Virus record (IMG/VR): IMGVR_UViG_3300048927_000250
Coordinates: 151,419 to 215,418 of that record
Reading direction: 5' to 3' (one strand)
DNA length: 64,000 bases
Shown: one piece after another, positions 54,242-64,000 of the stretch
Numbering within the stretch: the stretch's first letter is position 1
Layout of the letters: each line of letters starts with the position of its first letter
Program-made: the position numbers and the translations under genes
The notes under the pieces: generated by a model
The model's input: only the letters and a program-made list of their open reading frames with translations
What the model was told of the DNA's origin: nothing
Databases searched by the model: none

Positions 54242-55951
54242 TTATACTGATTGGTGAATGATGAGGCCCGAGGACGCCAACTGCAAGTCAACCCCGTTCA
54301 CTTCCTGTACCCAGTGGATAACCGCGAGGTCGCCCTCTGCACCACCGCTTTGTACGGTGAACGGTAAGTTCCAACTGGAGATTGGTTTGCGGTAACGCAG
54401 CCCACCAATCTGAAGCACGAAGTGGGTTGGGGTTAGTGGACCGGCTTCTGCGGATTGGTCGTACATCGGACGGGTCCGGGTGTACAAGCGTTCCAGCCAC
54501 TCTTCCACCGTTGCCGCACCACAGTCGATACCACACGTCCAAACCTGAGAAGAGACGTACGAAAGGTTGGCCACAACTTTGTCGCCGTAATCCGCATACC
54601 CGTTTTCAAAGGTCACGAGCCAGTTGGTCGCCCCGTCGATGTTCCCCGCCTGCATCAGCGAGAATGCTAACGACTGGGTGTGACGGTAATCGGAGTACCG
54701 CGCATCCACCTTACTGATGTCGAGCGCAAACGTCATGCGTTGCTTCACACCAAAGAGGAGCGGGTCCCAGATAGCCGAGGTACTGGCAACTTCCACCTGG
54801 TCCGTAACATCAAGTGCAATGTCGCGGTCGATGCTCTGGAGGAAGTGACGAATGCCGTATCCGGCGCTCGCAGATTTCCAGTACGGGAAACTGAACAACT
54901 TCATCCCGTACGCTTTCATGGTGGCGTCAGCTTCAATAACGTAGACGTCCTGGAAGAAGCGGGTCACGTTATCTGTCGAACCATCAAAGGCTTCCGTGGA
55001 GTCGAGGTTGTAAATCAGAATCGCCTGCTGGTTGATACCCGGAGAAGACGGAATGTAGTCGGTGTCAGACACCAGACGAATCTTCACGCCATCAATCGGA
55101 CGGTCAACTTGTTTACCACCACGGTAGGTGACCCGGCACATCAGTGTCAGTGATGACAGCAGCGCATTCACCGCAATCTTCACGGTCTTCGCGCCCACGT
55201 CCACGGTTGGACCCACCAGTTCAATACTGAGGATGTTCTTCGTGGCGGTGTTGGACTGACGAACCATCCCGGAGTTACGCGCCAACCAGGTGACGGTACC
55301 AATGACGTTAGCCTTGGCATCGTAGCACGCCATGGTCAACGGTTCCCCGTCTACCACATCACGCTTCGCCCAGCCCACTTGAGGCACGTAGGCTTCAACC
55401 CCGTCGGCGTCATCAAGACGCGTACACGGAATCTTGTCGTCCACGTATTCCCCACTGGCGTTATAACGAGCAGAGAGAATCTCCGCACTCGGTAACGGGT
55501 TCAGTCCGGCAAAGACACGCACGTACGAAACACTCGGTAAACGAATGTACGCCATGCTGTCCACAGCCATCACCGGCGGTGACACGGAAGAGTCAACGTA
55601 GATGAAGTAACCCGGTTGCGGGAAACGCGTTCCCACGCCCATCAGGAAGTCTTCGTCCGTAGCGCCCGCAATTGGCGGCTCACGATAACGAACCAGAGTC
55701 GGAATCAACAGCTGACTGACTTCATCAACGATGTACGAACCCGTGGCGCGGTCAAACACCTTGTCCCCCACGTTGGGGACGTAGCGCCCGAGGTTCCCTT
55801 CCCCGACTTTGTCCTTCCCGAAGTAAATCTCCGGATAACCCCACTCCTTGTAGAGGCCATTCGGATTGTACACCGGCACGTCGGCCGGTGTGGTGTCGCT
55901 CAGGGTATTAACGTACGCTACCCCTGATGCGGTTGTTTGTAACGTTGTCAT
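54242..55951 (-). CDS. Virion structural protein (phiKZ gp26 position)
   Basis: 569 aa, beta-rich; synteny terL-gp26-gp27-gp28-sheath-tube. Confidence 0.75.
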   Translation of the reverse strand: MTTLQTTASGVAYVNTLSDTTPADVPVYNPNGLYKEWGYPEIYFGKDKVGEGNLGRYVPNVGDKVFDRATGSYIVDEVSQLLIPTLVRYREPPIAGATDEDFLMGVGTRFPQPGYFIYVDSSVSPPVMAVDSMAYIRLPSVSYVRVFAGLNPLPSAEILSARYNASGEYVDDKIPCTRLDDADGVEAYVPQVGWAKRDVVDGEPLTMACYDAKANVIGTVTWLARNSGMVRQSNTATKNILSIELVGPTVDVGAKTVKIAVNALLSSLTLMCRVTYRGGKQVDRPIDGVKIRLVSDTDYIPSSPGINQQAILIYNLDSTEAFDGSTDNVTRFFQDVYVIEADATMKAYGMKLFSFPYWKSASAGYGIRHFLQSIDRDIALDVTDQVEVASTSAIWDPLLFGVKQRMTFALDISKVDARYSDYRHTQSLAFSLMQAGNIDGATNWLVTFENGYADYGDKVVANLSYVSSQVWTCGIDCGAATVEEWLERLYTRTRPMYDQSAEAGPLTPTHFVLQIGGLRYRKPISSWNLPFTVQSGGAEGDLAVIHWVQEVNGVDLQLASSGLIIHQSV

Positions 55952-55954
55952 TCA

Positions 55955-58510
55955 TCAGCCCTCAATGCGGAAGAAGTTCGACATGTCCAGTTTGTCGTTC
56001 AGGTACAGTTTGATGACTTGTTTCAGGAAACGGTAGTCACGCTCACTGACACTGCGCATCACACGGTCAGGGACCGGGTAGATACGTGAGAAGTTCACGT
56101 TGGTATCAAACCGGCACGGGTCGACGTCAAGTAACGCCACGTACGGTTTCACCTTCGCACTCACCGACATCGCATCCTCTGGGGTGTACGGTGACGTCAA
56201 TGTACCTTGTTCCAGCTCATAGACCAGGCGCGTAAAGAACGGACTGTAGAGCGGATAGAAGTCGGTAATCGGGCTTGGTCCCACGATTTCAGCCTGTGGG
56301 CGCTTCCACGTCAGGTAGTCTTCCAGACGACTGTCGAAATCCAGTGCGGCATTACGCAAAGCTTTCTGCGCGGCATTTGAAATCCCACGAATCGGCGTAT
56401 GCACCTGGTACGACGCGTACGGCGAACCATTCGGTACCGGGAACAAACCGCTTTGACCATACCGTTCAGCGTACGGCGCTTTCGCAGGGTCCTTCACGCC
56501 ACCGCCCACAATGAGGTGCATGACTTTATCATCACGAACGTCGTAGTGGTTGTTGGCAGAGATGTACCCGGCGTAGGCAAACCCTACATCCGTTGGAATG
56601 TCCCGCAGCATGTCATCCCCACAGAACCCGGTTCCCATGACAGTCATCACGTTCGGACCGCCCACGTTCAAATACTTCGTGGAGGTCAGGGTCAGTTGCG
56701 GGAACACGCCCATGCGATAGTCGAGGTTCTCGATAATCGGGTGTCCGTTCAAGAACAGTGCCAATCTCCCCGGCTGTAACGTCAGTGGTGTACCCAGGGT
56801 ATCGGTGTGCGTGATGTCGAAGGTGTAGACAGCGCTCAGTGCGGAGAATTGAGAAGTGTAGAGCAAGAAGTACTTGTCTGTCACCACCAACCCTTCGTAC
56901 TTCGTGGTAGAGTGCAACCAGTTGACGGTGTTCCCGACCATCTGGTAGTTCACACCCTCCACCGCTTTCTTCCACACCAGGTCCGGAACGTCTTTGACCT
57001 TATTACAGAAGTAGGTTTCGAAGTTGTAGCCCGTGATATCGACATCGGTGTTCCCCTGATGCCAATCGAGCTGCTTCTGACCAATCCCGACCTGCACTTC
57101 AACCAGCGTACAGTTATCGTTGGTCACGTAGTAACGCTCACCCCCGCTGTGCTGATAGAACCCGAGCAGGATGCCGTCTTTGTCGTACTCCAGCATAGTC
57201 GAGTTGTTGAGCTGACCGTACCCCAGCGTTACGAAGCGGTCGTTACCGGACGTCTGCACCGTGAGCGGTGACGGGTCGACCAACTTACTGACCGCGTTGT
57301 ACCCGTACGCTTCCAGTACGTCACGAACTTCTTCCGGGCCGTAATAGCTGCGCATGATGGCCGTGTACAGACTTTTCTCTAATGAGGCCGCCTGCCACTC
57401 TTCCAACGTGGAGTCAATCCCGACCATGGCGCGCACGATGTCGGTATCCGATAACCGGTACAGTTCGTTGATGCGATGCGCTTCAAGAATCAGCGGACGG
57501 TCCAGTCCCGCATTGCGGACCTGTAAACGGATACGTAACGTCGCCTCAGTCGCCCAGGTTTGCCCTTCCCAATACGCACGGACGTAATCGACCGGGATAC
57601 TGTAGTCGGCATGGGTGACCATGCGTAACGAGTTTTCCATGTTACGGTGGTAATACCGTCCCAGTAACTTGCCATCTGCCCCCGTAACGTAAACGAAGAC
57701 GTCCACGTCGTCACGATAACGGATGGTTTGCCCGCTAGACCCTTTTGCTGGATGTAGGAGGTACTTACGCTTGGCGTCAAGCTCAGATTCGAAGTCGTAC
57801 AGGGTATTGACCTTAAAGTCCACCACGCGCGCTACAGCGGCGTCGTAGCAGTACTCCAGGAAATCGCCCACCTTGACAGCTGCCGAGGTCACGTCACTAA
57901 TCCAGACCCCGTTAAGGTACATGTTGACCACACCGTTTAAACGACGGTAGGTTTGCACCTCAGAGAGAATCTCACCGGTCCGGGTTGCACTGGTCACCAG
58001 GCCGCCACCGTACTCAACTTTGTATTGCAGTTGAGAACCGGTATCGGAGAAGTAGTACGCGTTCCGATACAGACGCATGTACAGGTCCTGGGTGTCCAGG
58101 TTCAGAATCGGCGTGTAGTTAGAACGCCACTGCTGAATCTTAACCGCCACCAGGATATTGTAATCATCCGCGCGGTACACGTACGCCATGGACAGTGGAT
58201 AAGAAATCCCCGAATCAGCGTACAGGTTAATCACCTGGCTGTTGAGGCTCCCCCAATCCTGGAAACTAAACCACTTCTGGCGTTCCGACGGTAACCCGAT
58301 GGATTGCGGATGGTTCTGGCCAATCTGGTAGACGTGGAAGAAGTTGGTTTTATCCGGGAGTGCAATTGACTCCCACAGCGCATCCACGTACCCACGCTCG
58401 CCACCGTCTTTGGTGAGTCGGCTCAGCTTCAGGATACTTTGACGGTCCTGAAACGGCATACACCAAACATTGTCACGAGCGTGTTGCATCAAGTAGTCAA
58501 CCATCGACAT
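55955..58510 (-). CDS. Virion structural protein (phiKZ gp27 position)
   Basis: 851 aa; synteny. Confidence 0.75.
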   Translation of the reverse strand: MSMVDYLMQHARDNVWCMPFQDRQSILKLSRLTKDGGERGYVDALWESIALPDKTNFFHVYQIGQNHPQSIGLPSERQKWFSFQDWGSLNSQVINLYADSGISYPLSMAYVYRADDYNILVAVKIQQWRSNYTPILNLDTQDLYMRLYRNAYYFSDTGSQLQYKVEYGGGLVTSATRTGEILSEVQTYRRLNGVVNMYLNGVWISDVTSAAVKVGDFLEYCYDAAVARVVDFKVNTLYDFESELDAKRKYLLHPAKGSSGQTIRYRDDVDVFVYVTGADGKLLGRYYHRNMENSLRMVTHADYSIPVDYVRAYWEGQTWATEATLRIRLQVRNAGLDRPLILEAHRINELYRLSDTDIVRAMVGIDSTLEEWQAASLEKSLYTAIMRSYYGPEEVRDVLEAYGYNAVSKLVDPSPLTVQTSGNDRFVTLGYGQLNNSTMLEYDKDGILLGFYQHSGGERYYVTNDNCTLVEVQVGIGQKQLDWHQGNTDVDITGYNFETYFCNKVKDVPDLVWKKAVEGVNYQMVGNTVNWLHSTTKYEGLVVTDKYFLLYTSQFSALSAVYTFDITHTDTLGTPLTLQPGRLALFLNGHPIIENLDYRMGVFPQLTLTSTKYLNVGGPNVMTVMGTGFCGDDMLRDIPTDVGFAYAGYISANNHYDVRDDKVMHLIVGGGVKDPAKAPYAERYGQSGLFPVPNGSPYASYQVHTPIRGISNAAQKALRNAALDFDSRLEDYLTWKRPQAEIVGPSPITDFYPLYSPFFTRLVYELEQGTLTSPYTPEDAMSVSAKVKPYVALLDVDPCRFDTNVNFSRIYPVPDRVMRSVSERDYRFLKQVIKLYLNDKLDMSNFFRIEG

Positions 58511-58520
58511 GGCTTACTCC

Positions 58521-59438
58521 TCACTTTTTCAGTTCACGCAGCAGACCTTCGACGATATGGGCATACTGAGCGTAGTTGTGCTGACGACCTTCGCGTTTCA
58601 CGATTTCCGACAGCGTCGTTTTGCGGTACAGCGGTTCTTTACCGGCCGCCAACACCAGTGCAATGAACACCGGCGGGAATTCCAATGCCGCTGCAACCAG
58701 CGCACGGGCATCCGTACCACCGAACCAACTGGTCATGGTGATGGTGTAAATGAAGCGCGAGTCAACAATGCTCAGCGACTTCGAGTACACCCGGGCTTTC
58801 AGTTCATCGCAGAACTCACCCAGGTTATCCATGTAGTTAACCTGACTCAGGAAACGAATCACGTCGGAAGGGTTCACGCGCAGGGCACGAGAAATACGCA
58901 GACAGAAAGCTTCACGTTGCTTTTCGGTCAGGCGGTCTTTCTCGATGTGCTGGCAGCAGTAATAGAAAGCAGCCAGAAGAAGGACCTGGGCTTGCACTGC
59001 CGCATCCAGGTTACAGCGGGTAGACAACAGACCGGATAACCAGCGTGCGTAAACCGCCATCGGTAAGTCCCCAGCGTGTTGTACAGCCAGCCCACCGAAT
59101 TTGTTCCAGTAGATTTCCAGCAGTGTACGTTTCACCAGAATACCGGAACCGCCTTCCATCGGCAGCTTCCCACCGTTGGCACGAATCTTCCCAGCATGGG
59201 AACGCAGGTCAATGACCCAATATTCTGGACGCCCTGGTTCCTCAACCCGCACCGGGTGTTCGAACGTAGGGATGTCTTTGCTACGTGCATCGGACTCGAG
59301 AACGGCGTACAGGTCTGGACAACCGTCGACTACCGAGTTGGTCAGTACCCCTTCTGCCCGAGCTAAAATCAAACGACGGCTCAGCGTAGCATCGAAAAAC
59401 GAGGAGCCAGACGTCGTTTCGTACGCACTTTTAAACAT
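58521..59438 (-). CDS. Conserved protein (phiKZ gp28 position)
   Basis: 305 aa; divergent from the sheath gene. Confidence 0.7.
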   Translation of the reverse strand: MFKSAYETTSGSSFFDATLSRRLILARAEGVLTNSVVDGCPDLYAVLESDARSKDIPTFEHPVRVEEPGRPEYWVIDLRSHAGKIRANGGKLPMEGGSGILVKRTLLEIYWNKFGGLAVQHAGDLPMAVYARWLSGLLSTRCNLDAAVQAQVLLLAAFYYCCQHIEKDRLTEKQREAFCLRISRALRVNPSDVIRFLSQVNYMDNLGEFCDELKARVYSKSLSIVDSRFIYTITMTSWFGGTDARALVAAALEFPPVFIALVLAAGKEPLYRKTTLSEIVKREGRQHNYAQYAHIVEGLLRELKK

Positions 59439-59607
59439 GGTAATTATTCTCCATTAGAACTGAAAGGGGCAAAAAAAGAAGGGGAATGACGCACAAGAAA
59501 ACGCACTATTATAGCTCGTCGTACTTTTTCACTCGCCGAAAGCACGAATTAGTATGACGTAATATGTACATACTGCGTTATCCACTAATTAGTTGGAGTA
59601 TTGAACT

Positions 59608-61689
59608 ATGGCCGAGGTCATTACCAGCTCAACTCCTGGCGTTAATTTTCGAGGGACAAAAGACGTCAGTGGGAACCGAGCTACAGGAGTGGCAGAAGCG
59701 CTCGCGTTTCACCGCCCGCTCCATTTCTTCTTCTCGCCGCAAGGCGATACCACTCCGCAATATCTGAGCACTGCTCAGTTCGCAGAGTTTTACGGCGCGG
59801 ATGCGTTGGACGTTAACTCGGCCTTCGCTACCCACTCCACCCCGTTCCTTAACGAGGCTATTGACGCTGTGTCCCGGTTTGTCAGTATCCGCGTTACGCC
59901 GGAAGACATGCCGGACAAATCCAACCTGGGTCTGTCCATTGATTACCTGGAAACCCCGGTCCCAGAATACAAGCGTAAAGCTGACGGTTCTTTCGACCTG
60001 GACGACAGCGGTAATCGCCAGGAAACTGGTACCACAACCCCGGGCATCATCATGAAGTTCGTGGTTGCACCTGTCGGTACTGACGCAGAAGGGTCCCTCC
60101 TCGGTCGTCGTAAAGTCGGTGAAGGTTCCATGGAGTCAGAAGACGGCAGCACCAAATCGGTGTTAATGCCTCTGCTCGACTTCGAAGCCCTGGACTTCGG
60201 TGACGGTAGCAAGTTCGGTATTCGTCTCTGGGCCCCAACCACTTCTTCTGCGATTCCGGCCGATGCGGACAAAGAAGAAACCCTGGGCACCCGCCTGTAT
60301 CGCTTCCAGTTCATGAAGCGTGCGGATGAACTCTCATCCCCGTCTGCGGTCACCACGACCTACGACGAAACCAGCATCCTGTTCTCCTTCAAAGAGAACG
60401 TGGTGGATAAAGATGCGGGTAACACGATTTACGACTTGAACGAGCGTATCCCGGGCCGTTGGACCGACGATGCAATCGACACCATGCAACGCCCACCGGT
60501 TGGTACTGTGAACTACTATCAGACTAACCTCGAAGCGTTCCTGGCGAAAGTTCAGGCTAACGAATCGGCGTTCACTGACACGATGCCGATTGGCACCGTG
60601 GAAGAAACCCTGCACCAGATGAACTTCATCAGTGCACAAAGCATCGACGGTATCCCGTACCACTCTCTGGTTATCCAGGGTGTGCTGAACGGTGCAGTCG
60701 CGCTGACCGCCAACACCACGCATTACCTGCAAGGTGGTGGTACCGGTACCATGACGAACAAAACTTTCAACCAGGCAGTGAATAAAATCCTGACTGACGT
60801 TGATGGTGTTTACCGCCTGTCTAACCTCGCGCGTTATCCGTTCAACGCCGTGTGGGACACCGGGTTCGACATGGACACCAAGCTGCTGTTCCCGAAACTG
60901 CTGACCGCTCGTCCGGACTGCTGGATTGGCCTCAGTACACAGGATATCAGCCTGCCTGCGAACGACGAAGCTACGGATGAGTCAATCGCCCTGTCGCTGA
61001 TGACCCGTTTGCAGCAGTACCCGGATTCCGTGGAGTTCAACACTCAGTCCTTCCGTGGTCTGATTGCTGGCCACTCTGCGCTTTGGGTAGGCGCTCAGCG
61101 TAAGATTGCTTGCGTGCAGGGCATTGACCTGTACCGTAAGTTCTGCGACTGGGGCAAAGACCCAACTGGCCGCCTGGATGAAGACAGTGCACCGGATAAC
61201 GGTGACAACCGTATCGTTCAGCGCACCAAGAACATCTCCAACCTCGACATGTCGTATCGCGTGAAGCGTCGTCAGTGGATGGCTGGTATTTGCTACGTGG
61301 AGGACTACGACACCCGTTCGCAGTTCTACTCTGGCATCCAGTCCTTCTACCCAGACCAGACCTCGGTACTGCGTTCTGCGTTGGTGGGTCTCTGCGTGGC
61401 CAACATCAACCGCTATGCGTGGGAAGTCTGGCGTTCCTATACGGGTAACCAGAACCTGACCGATGCACAGCTGGTAGAACGGTCCGAGAAGCAGATTGCT
61501 GCTCGCATCGCCGCGAACATTCCGAACGGCCGTATGATTGCCAAGCCGCACGCCGAAATCACTCGTCTCGACGATGACAACGGTTACAGCTGGACTCTGC
61601 GCACTGACATCGGGGTGAGCGGTATGCGTACCGTTCTGAACGCCTCTGTTGTGGCCTACCGTCGTGAGGAGCTGGAAGACAATGGCTAA
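59608..61689 (+). CDS. Contractile tail sheath protein (phiKZ gp29-like)
   Basis: 693 aa; YPFNAVWDTGF segment and sheath-type C-terminus; directly upstream of the tube gene. Confidence 0.85.
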   Translation: MAEVITSSTPGVNFRGTKDVSGNRATGVAEALAFHRPLHFFFSPQGDTTPQYLSTAQFAEFYGADALDVNSAFATHSTPFLNEAIDAVSRFVSIRVTPEDMPDKSNLGLSIDYLETPVPEYKRKADGSFDLDDSGNRQETGTTTPGIIMKFVVAPVGTDAEGSLLGRRKVGEGSMESEDGSTKSVLMPLLDFEALDFGDGSKFGIRLWAPTTSSAIPADADKEETLGTRLYRFQFMKRADELSSPSAVTTTYDETSILFSFKENVVDKDAGNTIYDLNERIPGRWTDDAIDTMQRPPVGTVNYYQTNLEAFLAKVQANESAFTDTMPIGTVEETLHQMNFISAQSIDGIPYHSLVIQGVLNGAVALTANTTHYLQGGGTGTMTNKTFNQAVNKILTDVDGVYRLSNLARYPFNAVWDTGFDMDTKLLFPKLLTARPDCWIGLSTQDISLPANDEATDESIALSLMTRLQQYPDSVEFNTQSFRGLIAGHSALWVGAQRKIACVQGIDLYRKFCDWGKDPTGRLDEDSAPDNGDNRIVQRTKNISNLDMSYRVKRRQWMAGICYVEDYDTRSQFYSGIQSFYPDQTSVLRSALVGLCVANINRYAWEVWRSYTGNQNLTDAQLVERSEKQIAARIAANIPNGRMIAKPHAEITRLDDDNGYSWTLRTDIGVSGMRTVLNASVVAYRREELEDNG

Positions 61690-62545
61690 GAAAGACCCGA
61701 ATACCATCATGAACTCCGGCGAATCCTACTCTAAGGGGACCTACGGTCCCGTGACGAGTCTGGAAATCCCGGGACAGGGTGGTTACACCAACAACCTGGA
61801 GTTCTACCATGCTGCGGCGGATTACACCCGCCGCCCGGTCATTCCTTTCCTGATGGAGGCCCCAGCGGGCTTCCAGGATTTGAACGACCCGGACAAGCGT
61901 GTGGCTGCTCTGAAGGCGCTCATCGAATTGCACCCTCGCCGCATCACTGGTCTTGACCAGTCGCTCGAAGTGGAATACGTGAGCACGCCGTTCGGTGCTG
62001 CGGGTGAAGAAATGGAAACGCTGGCGAAAGTCAAACGTGCCCGTTCTCAGCCACAGTTCGAATGGGTGGAGAAAATCGGTACTCCGGTGAAATGGTTCTG
62101 GCAGGATTACATCATTAACCTGCTGGGTAACCCTGACACCAACGTCCCTGCTGTCGTTGCCCGTGGCCGTAACACGCCATACGGTTTGTACCCGGACTAC
62201 ACGGCCTTCACCGTACTGTTCGTGGAACCAGACCCAACGCAGAAGTACGTTGTGGAAGCGTGGCTGTGTACCAACATGATGCCACGTGCCGGTGCGAAAA
62301 TCGAAGGTTCTCGTGACATCACGGAAACCCCAGAGAACGTTACCCACTCCATCGGCTTCACCTGCCTGCAACAGGTTGGTGCTGGCGTGCGTAAGCTTGG
62401 TCAGCAGCTGCTGGACACGGCGAACCAGACAGGTATCGACCCGTCTCAACGTCGTGCATGGCTCCAGGCGATTGAAGCGGACGTCAAGTCTGCGGATACC
62501 GGCTACCTGAGCTCCATGACTGCCGCGAAGAACGCAATGGTGTAA
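61682..62545 (+). CDS. Tail tube protein (phiKZ gp30-like)
   Basis: Start moved to ATG 61682, overlapping the sheath stop; WLCTNMMP tube-type motif. Confidence 0.8.
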   Translation: MAKKDPNTIMNSGESYSKGTYGPVTSLEIPGQGGYTNNLEFYHAAADYTRRPVIPFLMEAPAGFQDLNDPDKRVAALKALIELHPRRITGLDQSLEVEYVSTPFGAAGEEMETLAKVKRARSQPQFEWVEKIGTPVKWFWQDYIINLLGNPDTNVPAVVARGRNTPYGLYPDYTAFTVLFVEPDPTQKYVVEAWLCTNMMPRAGAKIEGSRDITETPENVTHSIGFTCLQQVGAGVRKLGQQLLDTANQTGIDPSQRRAWLQAIEADVKSADTGYLSSMTAAKNAMV

Positions 62546-62560
62546 TAACCCGTGCATAGA

Positions 62561-62592
62561 CCCAGGAGCCTTTCGGGGCTCCTGGGCTATTT
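62561..62592. terminator. Terminator after the tail tube gene
   Basis: CCCAGGAGCC-TTTCGG-GGCTCCTGGG. Confidence 0.75.
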
Positions 62593-62596
62593 ATGC

Positions 62597-62803
62597 TCAT
62601 TCGAGGGTACTCGTGAATTTGTGTTTGCAATGTCGACACTTGTGCGCTAAGACATCAGTGTACCAGTCCACTAACTGTACCTGAACACTCCCACACTTCG
62701 GACAGGGCTTCATTTGTTTACTGGCACGTTCCCGACGCTCCACCATATCCATGGAGAACGCGTGTAGCTCTTGGTCGGTCATTTCTTCAAACGGGGTTGT
62801 CAT
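62597..62803 (-). CDS. Small zinc-ribbon protein
   Basis: CPKC...CRHC; GGAG SD before ATG 62803. Confidence 0.65.
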   Translation of the reverse strand: MTTPFEEMTDQELHAFSMDMVERRERASKQMKPCPKCGSVQVQLVDWYTDVLAHKCRHCKHKFTSTLE

Positions 62804-62817
62804 AATTTCTCCAGACA

Positions 62818-62841
62818 TAAAAGCGGGGACCGAAGTCCCCG
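62818..62841 (-). terminator. Intrinsic terminator with C(UUCG)G loop
   Basis: CGGGGAC-TTCG-GTCCCCG followed by CTTTT on the minus strand. Confidence 0.75.
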
Positions 62842-62858
62842 TGGATTTCTGAGCTGTG

Positions 62859-63536
62859 TTAGATAAGTGCGCGACGGTTAACGAGTTGTTGACCCTTACG
62901 CATTTTTTCGGCCACTTTTGCAGCGGCTTCACTTTTCAGGATAACGCCATCTTTGTCGATGTCCAAACCTTTGTTCTGCAAGTAGGTTTTAGAACCCTGT
63001 TCCCAGAGGCGATAATTCTCAGGCTTTCCGACAGCCGCTGGCCACAGAATGCGCATGTAGATATCGCTTAGCGTTTGGAGCTTGCCCGTGTATGGCTTGA
63101 AGAAGCGGTACACGTATTCCAGCTGCCCTTCCGCGGACATTTTAAGGAGTTCAGGTAACGAGGTACCGGCGTCCTTGGCTGCTGCTGCACCGAACTGAAT
63201 CAGTCCGTAGTAAGGTGCCCCTGCGCCGTTCTTGATGGTAGGACTGAACGTCTCACCCGTCTCGAACGCCATGCAACCCATCATCTTGTCGGGACCGTCA
63301 TCGGGAAGCCCAAGCTTCTTCGACATCGACCCAACTGCTGTAGTAAACGCCGGGCTGACTTTTGCCGACCAGGCAATGTCATAAATCCCTTTGGTTACCA
63401 GATTTCCTTTACCCGCGTCTAACGCTGCATCGAACGCTCCCTGTGACACCTTGCCCCATAATCCATCGACAACACCTGAATACAACCCGAGGTTCTTCAG
63501 GTTTTGTTGCACTGCCTTGATGCTTGCTACGCTCAT
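62859..63536 (-). CDS. Modular endolysin: N-terminal peptidoglycan-binding domain plus lysozyme-like domain
   Basis: QQNLKNLG...VDGLWGKVS PG-binding motif; AFETG and GLIQF lysozyme-superfamily motifs. Confidence 0.85.
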   Translation of the reverse strand: MSVASIKAVQQNLKNLGLYSGVVDGLWGKVSQGAFDAALDAGKGNLVTKGIYDIAWSAKVSPAFTTAVGSMSKKLGLPDDGPDKMMGCMAFETGETFSPTIKNGAGAPYYGLIQFGAAAAKDAGTSLPELLKMSAEGQLEYVYRFFKPYTGKLQTLSDIYMRILWPAAVGKPENYRLWEQGSKTYLQNKGLDIDKDGVILKSEAAAKVAEKMRKGQQLVNRRALI

Positions 63537-64000
63537 TTTTTCGGTTTCCCAAAGTACTTCGCCACGTGGTTGTGAATCGCCCGGTCAATGACGGTCACCA
63601 TTCCTGAGGCGCAGGTGATACGGTTGGGGTATCCCCCATAGCGTGCGTCACGGTTCCAGGGTTGGTCCATGACGTACACACTATCAGCACCCTCGGATGT
63701 CCCGTGTTCAAAATTATGGCACGGGCGGTCATCGAAAAGAATGTGGTCGTACTGAGGTTGGTTCTTTAATAACCAGGCCATTTTGTCGGAGTGAACCTTC
63801 GGGTCCAGGTAGACAATGTTCATGTGCTGGAGCTTATCCCGGCACAACGCCTGACGGGTCAGAGCCGGACCCTGTTCATGGTAACCGCGGTGCGTCACAA
63901 ACTGGAAGCGCGCAACTCTCGCCCAGTGAGTACGCATACGGTTGAAGTACCCTTCGCATTTTTCAAATTCCTTGCGCAGCGGAGTGCTCGCCATGAAAGA
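63533..64000 (-). CDS. 5'(3')-deoxyribonucleotidase-like HAD protein, N-terminus probably outside the window
   Basis: VTHRG, LFDDRPCHN and MDQPWN motifs; frame is open to the window edge and the first HAD Asp motif is not visible. Confidence 0.7.
   Translation of the reverse strand, partial: SFMASTPLRKEFEKCEGYFNRMRTHWARVARFQFVTHRGYHEQGPALTRQALCRDKLQHMNIVYLDPKVHSDKMAWLLKNQPQYDHILFDDRPCHNFEHGTSEGADSVYVMDQPWNRDARYGGYPNRITCASGMVTVIDRAIHNHVAKYFGKPKK

Noticed and set aside
61559-62557. 332-aa antisense ORF over the tail tube gene, plus similar ones (10866-11849, 6292-7071, 60982-61710, 35785-36552)
   Set aside because: Shadow ORFs on the exact antisense frame of strongly codon-biased genes; no SD, no motifs, atypical composition.
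1-64000. Individual TATG late promoters
   Set aside because: A 4-mer is too frequent to call without TSS data; mentioned only as context for the 29 kb element.

Overview
A 64 kb segment of a nucleus-forming jumbo phage (phiKZ-like, Chimalliviridae), densely coding and mostly on the minus strand. It holds: (i) the core phage-nucleus and non-virion RNA polymerase (nvRNAP) block at 2-25 kb: SF2 helicase, beta'-C, beta, gp70-like, PicA-like, sigma-like gp68, ChmC-like, SbcD-like nuclease, beta'-N with the DFDGD motif, chimallin ChmA and a PolB subunit; (ii) an array of nine small same-architecture genes and a structured intergenic region next to the tubulin PhuZ (25.5-30.6 kb); (iii) about 20 kb of accessory genes under TATATTAC-type early promoters (31.5-52 kb); (iv) the terminase, virion, tail sheath and tail tube block, a modular endolysin and a partial nucleotidase (52-64 kb). 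The most striking anomaly is a single in-frame TAG at 7075-7077 that splits the nvRNAP beta subunit. Other leads are a host-SSB-like tail on the ChmC-like protein, an R-S-E ADP-ribosyltransferase candidate plus a DarG-like macrodomain, and several hairpin-rich intergenic elements. I found no tRNA, rRNA, CRISPR array, integrase, intron or intein. Names taken from phiKZ orthologues rest on motifs plus synteny recalled from the literature, not on database searches. Some start codons were moved from the ORF track to better Shine-Dalgarno (SD) or stop/start-overlap positions.
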